DNA of 64,000 bases, taken from positions 78,058,001-78,122,000 of the forward strand of contig NC_083243.1 in assembly GCF_032191835.1 (NCBI RefSeq), given 5' to 3'. Shown piece by piece: positions 62,835 through 64,000 of this stretch; within the stretch, counting starts at the first letter, position 1; each line of letters starts with the position of its first letter. Source of the stretch: Heteronotia binoei. Taxonomy: Eukaryota. The position numbers and the translations under genes are program-made. The notes beneath the pieces are model-generated. The model had not been told where the DNA came from and ran no database searches. It was given only the letters and a program-made list of their open reading frames with translations.

Positions 62835-64000
62835 TAGGGTGGCCAGACCGTCCCGGTCTCCCGGGACATTCCCGGATCTGGCCACCCAATCCCGGATCCC
62901 GGGCTGCCTATACCGGGACCATTAAAGGTCCCGGTTTAGGCAGCCCCGGAGCCGGTGGGCCGCGGGCGCGGGCGGGGAAGGCGGGGAGTGAGCGTCCCTG
63001 CGCCTGCGCAGGGCCCCTGCGCACGCGCAGGGACACTCCCACCCTCACTCCCCGCCTTCCCCGCCCGCGCGCGGGGCCCGGCGGCAGTGGTGGAGGCCTC
63101 TCCGTGGCCTCCGCTGGTCGCTGGAAGCCCTCCAGAGACTCTGGAGGGCCTCCAGCGACCAGTGGAGGCCGCGGAGAGGCCGCGGGGCACCCGGCGCTGG
63201 TCCCGGAAGGCCTTCCAGAGCCTCTGGAAGGCCTTCGGGGACCAGCGCCGGCCAGCGAAGGCTTCCCCGCGGCCTCCGCTGGTCCCTGGAGGCCCTCCAG
63301 AGTCTCTGGAGGGCCTCCAGGGACCAGCGGAGGCCGCGGGGAAGCCGCGGGGCACCCGGCGCTGGTCCCGGAAGGCCTTCCAGAGCCTCTGGAAGGTCTT
63401 CGGGGACCAGCGCCGGCCAGCGAAGGCTTCCCCGCGGCCTCCGCTGGTCCCTGGAGGCCCTCCAGAGTCTCTGGAGGGCCTCCAGGGACCAGCGGAGGCC
63501 GCGGGGAAGCCGCGGGGCACCCGGCGCTGGTCCCGGAAGGCCTTCCAGAGGCTCTGGAAGGCCTTCCGGGACCAGCGCCGGCCAGCGAAGGCTTCCCCGC
63601 GGCCTCCGCTGGTCCCTGGAGGCCCTCCAGAGTCTCTGGAGGGCCTCCAGGGACCAGCGGAGGCCGCGGGGAAGCCGCGGGGCACCCGGCGCTGGTCCCG
63701 GAAGGCCTTCCAGAGGCTCTGGAAGGCCTTCCGGGACCAGCGCCGGCCAGCGAAGGCTTCCCCGCGGCCTCCGCTGGTCCCTGGAGGCCCTCCAGAGTCT
63801 CTGGAGGGCCTCCAGGGACCAGCGGAGGCCGCGGGGAAGCCGCGGGGCACCCGGCGCTGGTCCCGGAAGGCCTTCCAGAGCCTCTGGAAGGCCTTCGGGG
63901 ACCAGCGCCGGCCAGCGAAGGCTTCCCCGCGGCCTCCGCTGGTCCCTGGAGGCCCTCCAGAGTCTCTGGAGGGCCTCCAGGGACCAGCGGAGGCCGCGGG
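62835..64000. mobile_element. Left end of a GC-rich hAT (Blackjack-like) element; right end lies beyond the window
   Basis: Abrupt AT-to-GC switch at tagggtggccagaccgtcccgg, with subterminal gtcccg/cccgg repeats typical of TAGGGTG(A/G)CCA hAT ends. Confidence 0.7.
63095..64000. repeat. 165-bp GC-rich tandem array (about 5.5 copies visible), each unit two palindromes
   Basis: Period 165 confirmed at 63203/63368/63533/63698/63863; palindrome A has 30-bp arms and palindrome B 43-bp arms, each with a 1-nt loop. Confidence 0.98.

Noticed and set aside
62936-63850. 304-aa repetitive ORF (55-aa repeat) on the minus strand
   Set aside because: A by-product of a stop-poor, very GC-rich 165-bp array; no start context or coding signature.
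63095-64000. CRISPR-like repeat/spacer array
   Set aside because: The intervening sequences are repeated rather than unique spacers, there are no cas genes, and the context is eukaryotic.

Overview
Vertebrate genomic DNA, most likely a gecko-type squamate (inferred from its SINE, CR1, L2, RTE-BovB and hAT-MITE content). The only gene I can identify with confidence is RAD51 on the + strand: nine coding exons from 1060 to 11689, all introns GT-AG, 1020 nt encoding 339 aa plus stop, with intact FxxA, Walker A (GEFRTGKT) and Walker B motifs. The non-coding first exon and promoter appear to lie upstream of the window. The remaining ~52 kb is dense in transposable elements: a near full-length CR1, a young L2 whose RT frame has one stop, RTE-BovB copies, SINEs, many hAT/Harbinger MITEs with recognisable target-site duplications (TSDs), solo LTRs, and a 158-N assembly gap. 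The most notable unexplained signals are: (1) a GC-rich 165-bp tandem array at the right edge, each unit made of two near-perfect homologous palindromes; (2) minus-strand exon-like segments plus a flip in retroelement orientation at the RAD51 3' end, hinting at an unidentified convergent gene or pseudogene; (3) a 109-bp duplication whose junction carries a 17-nt insert matching a transposon 1.9 kb away; (4) two RAD51 N-terminal substitutions (T13L, G32S) at normally conserved positions. I found no prokaryotic-type systems. Most ORFs in the track are TE-derived or chance. All repeat-family names are by-eye assignments without a database search.
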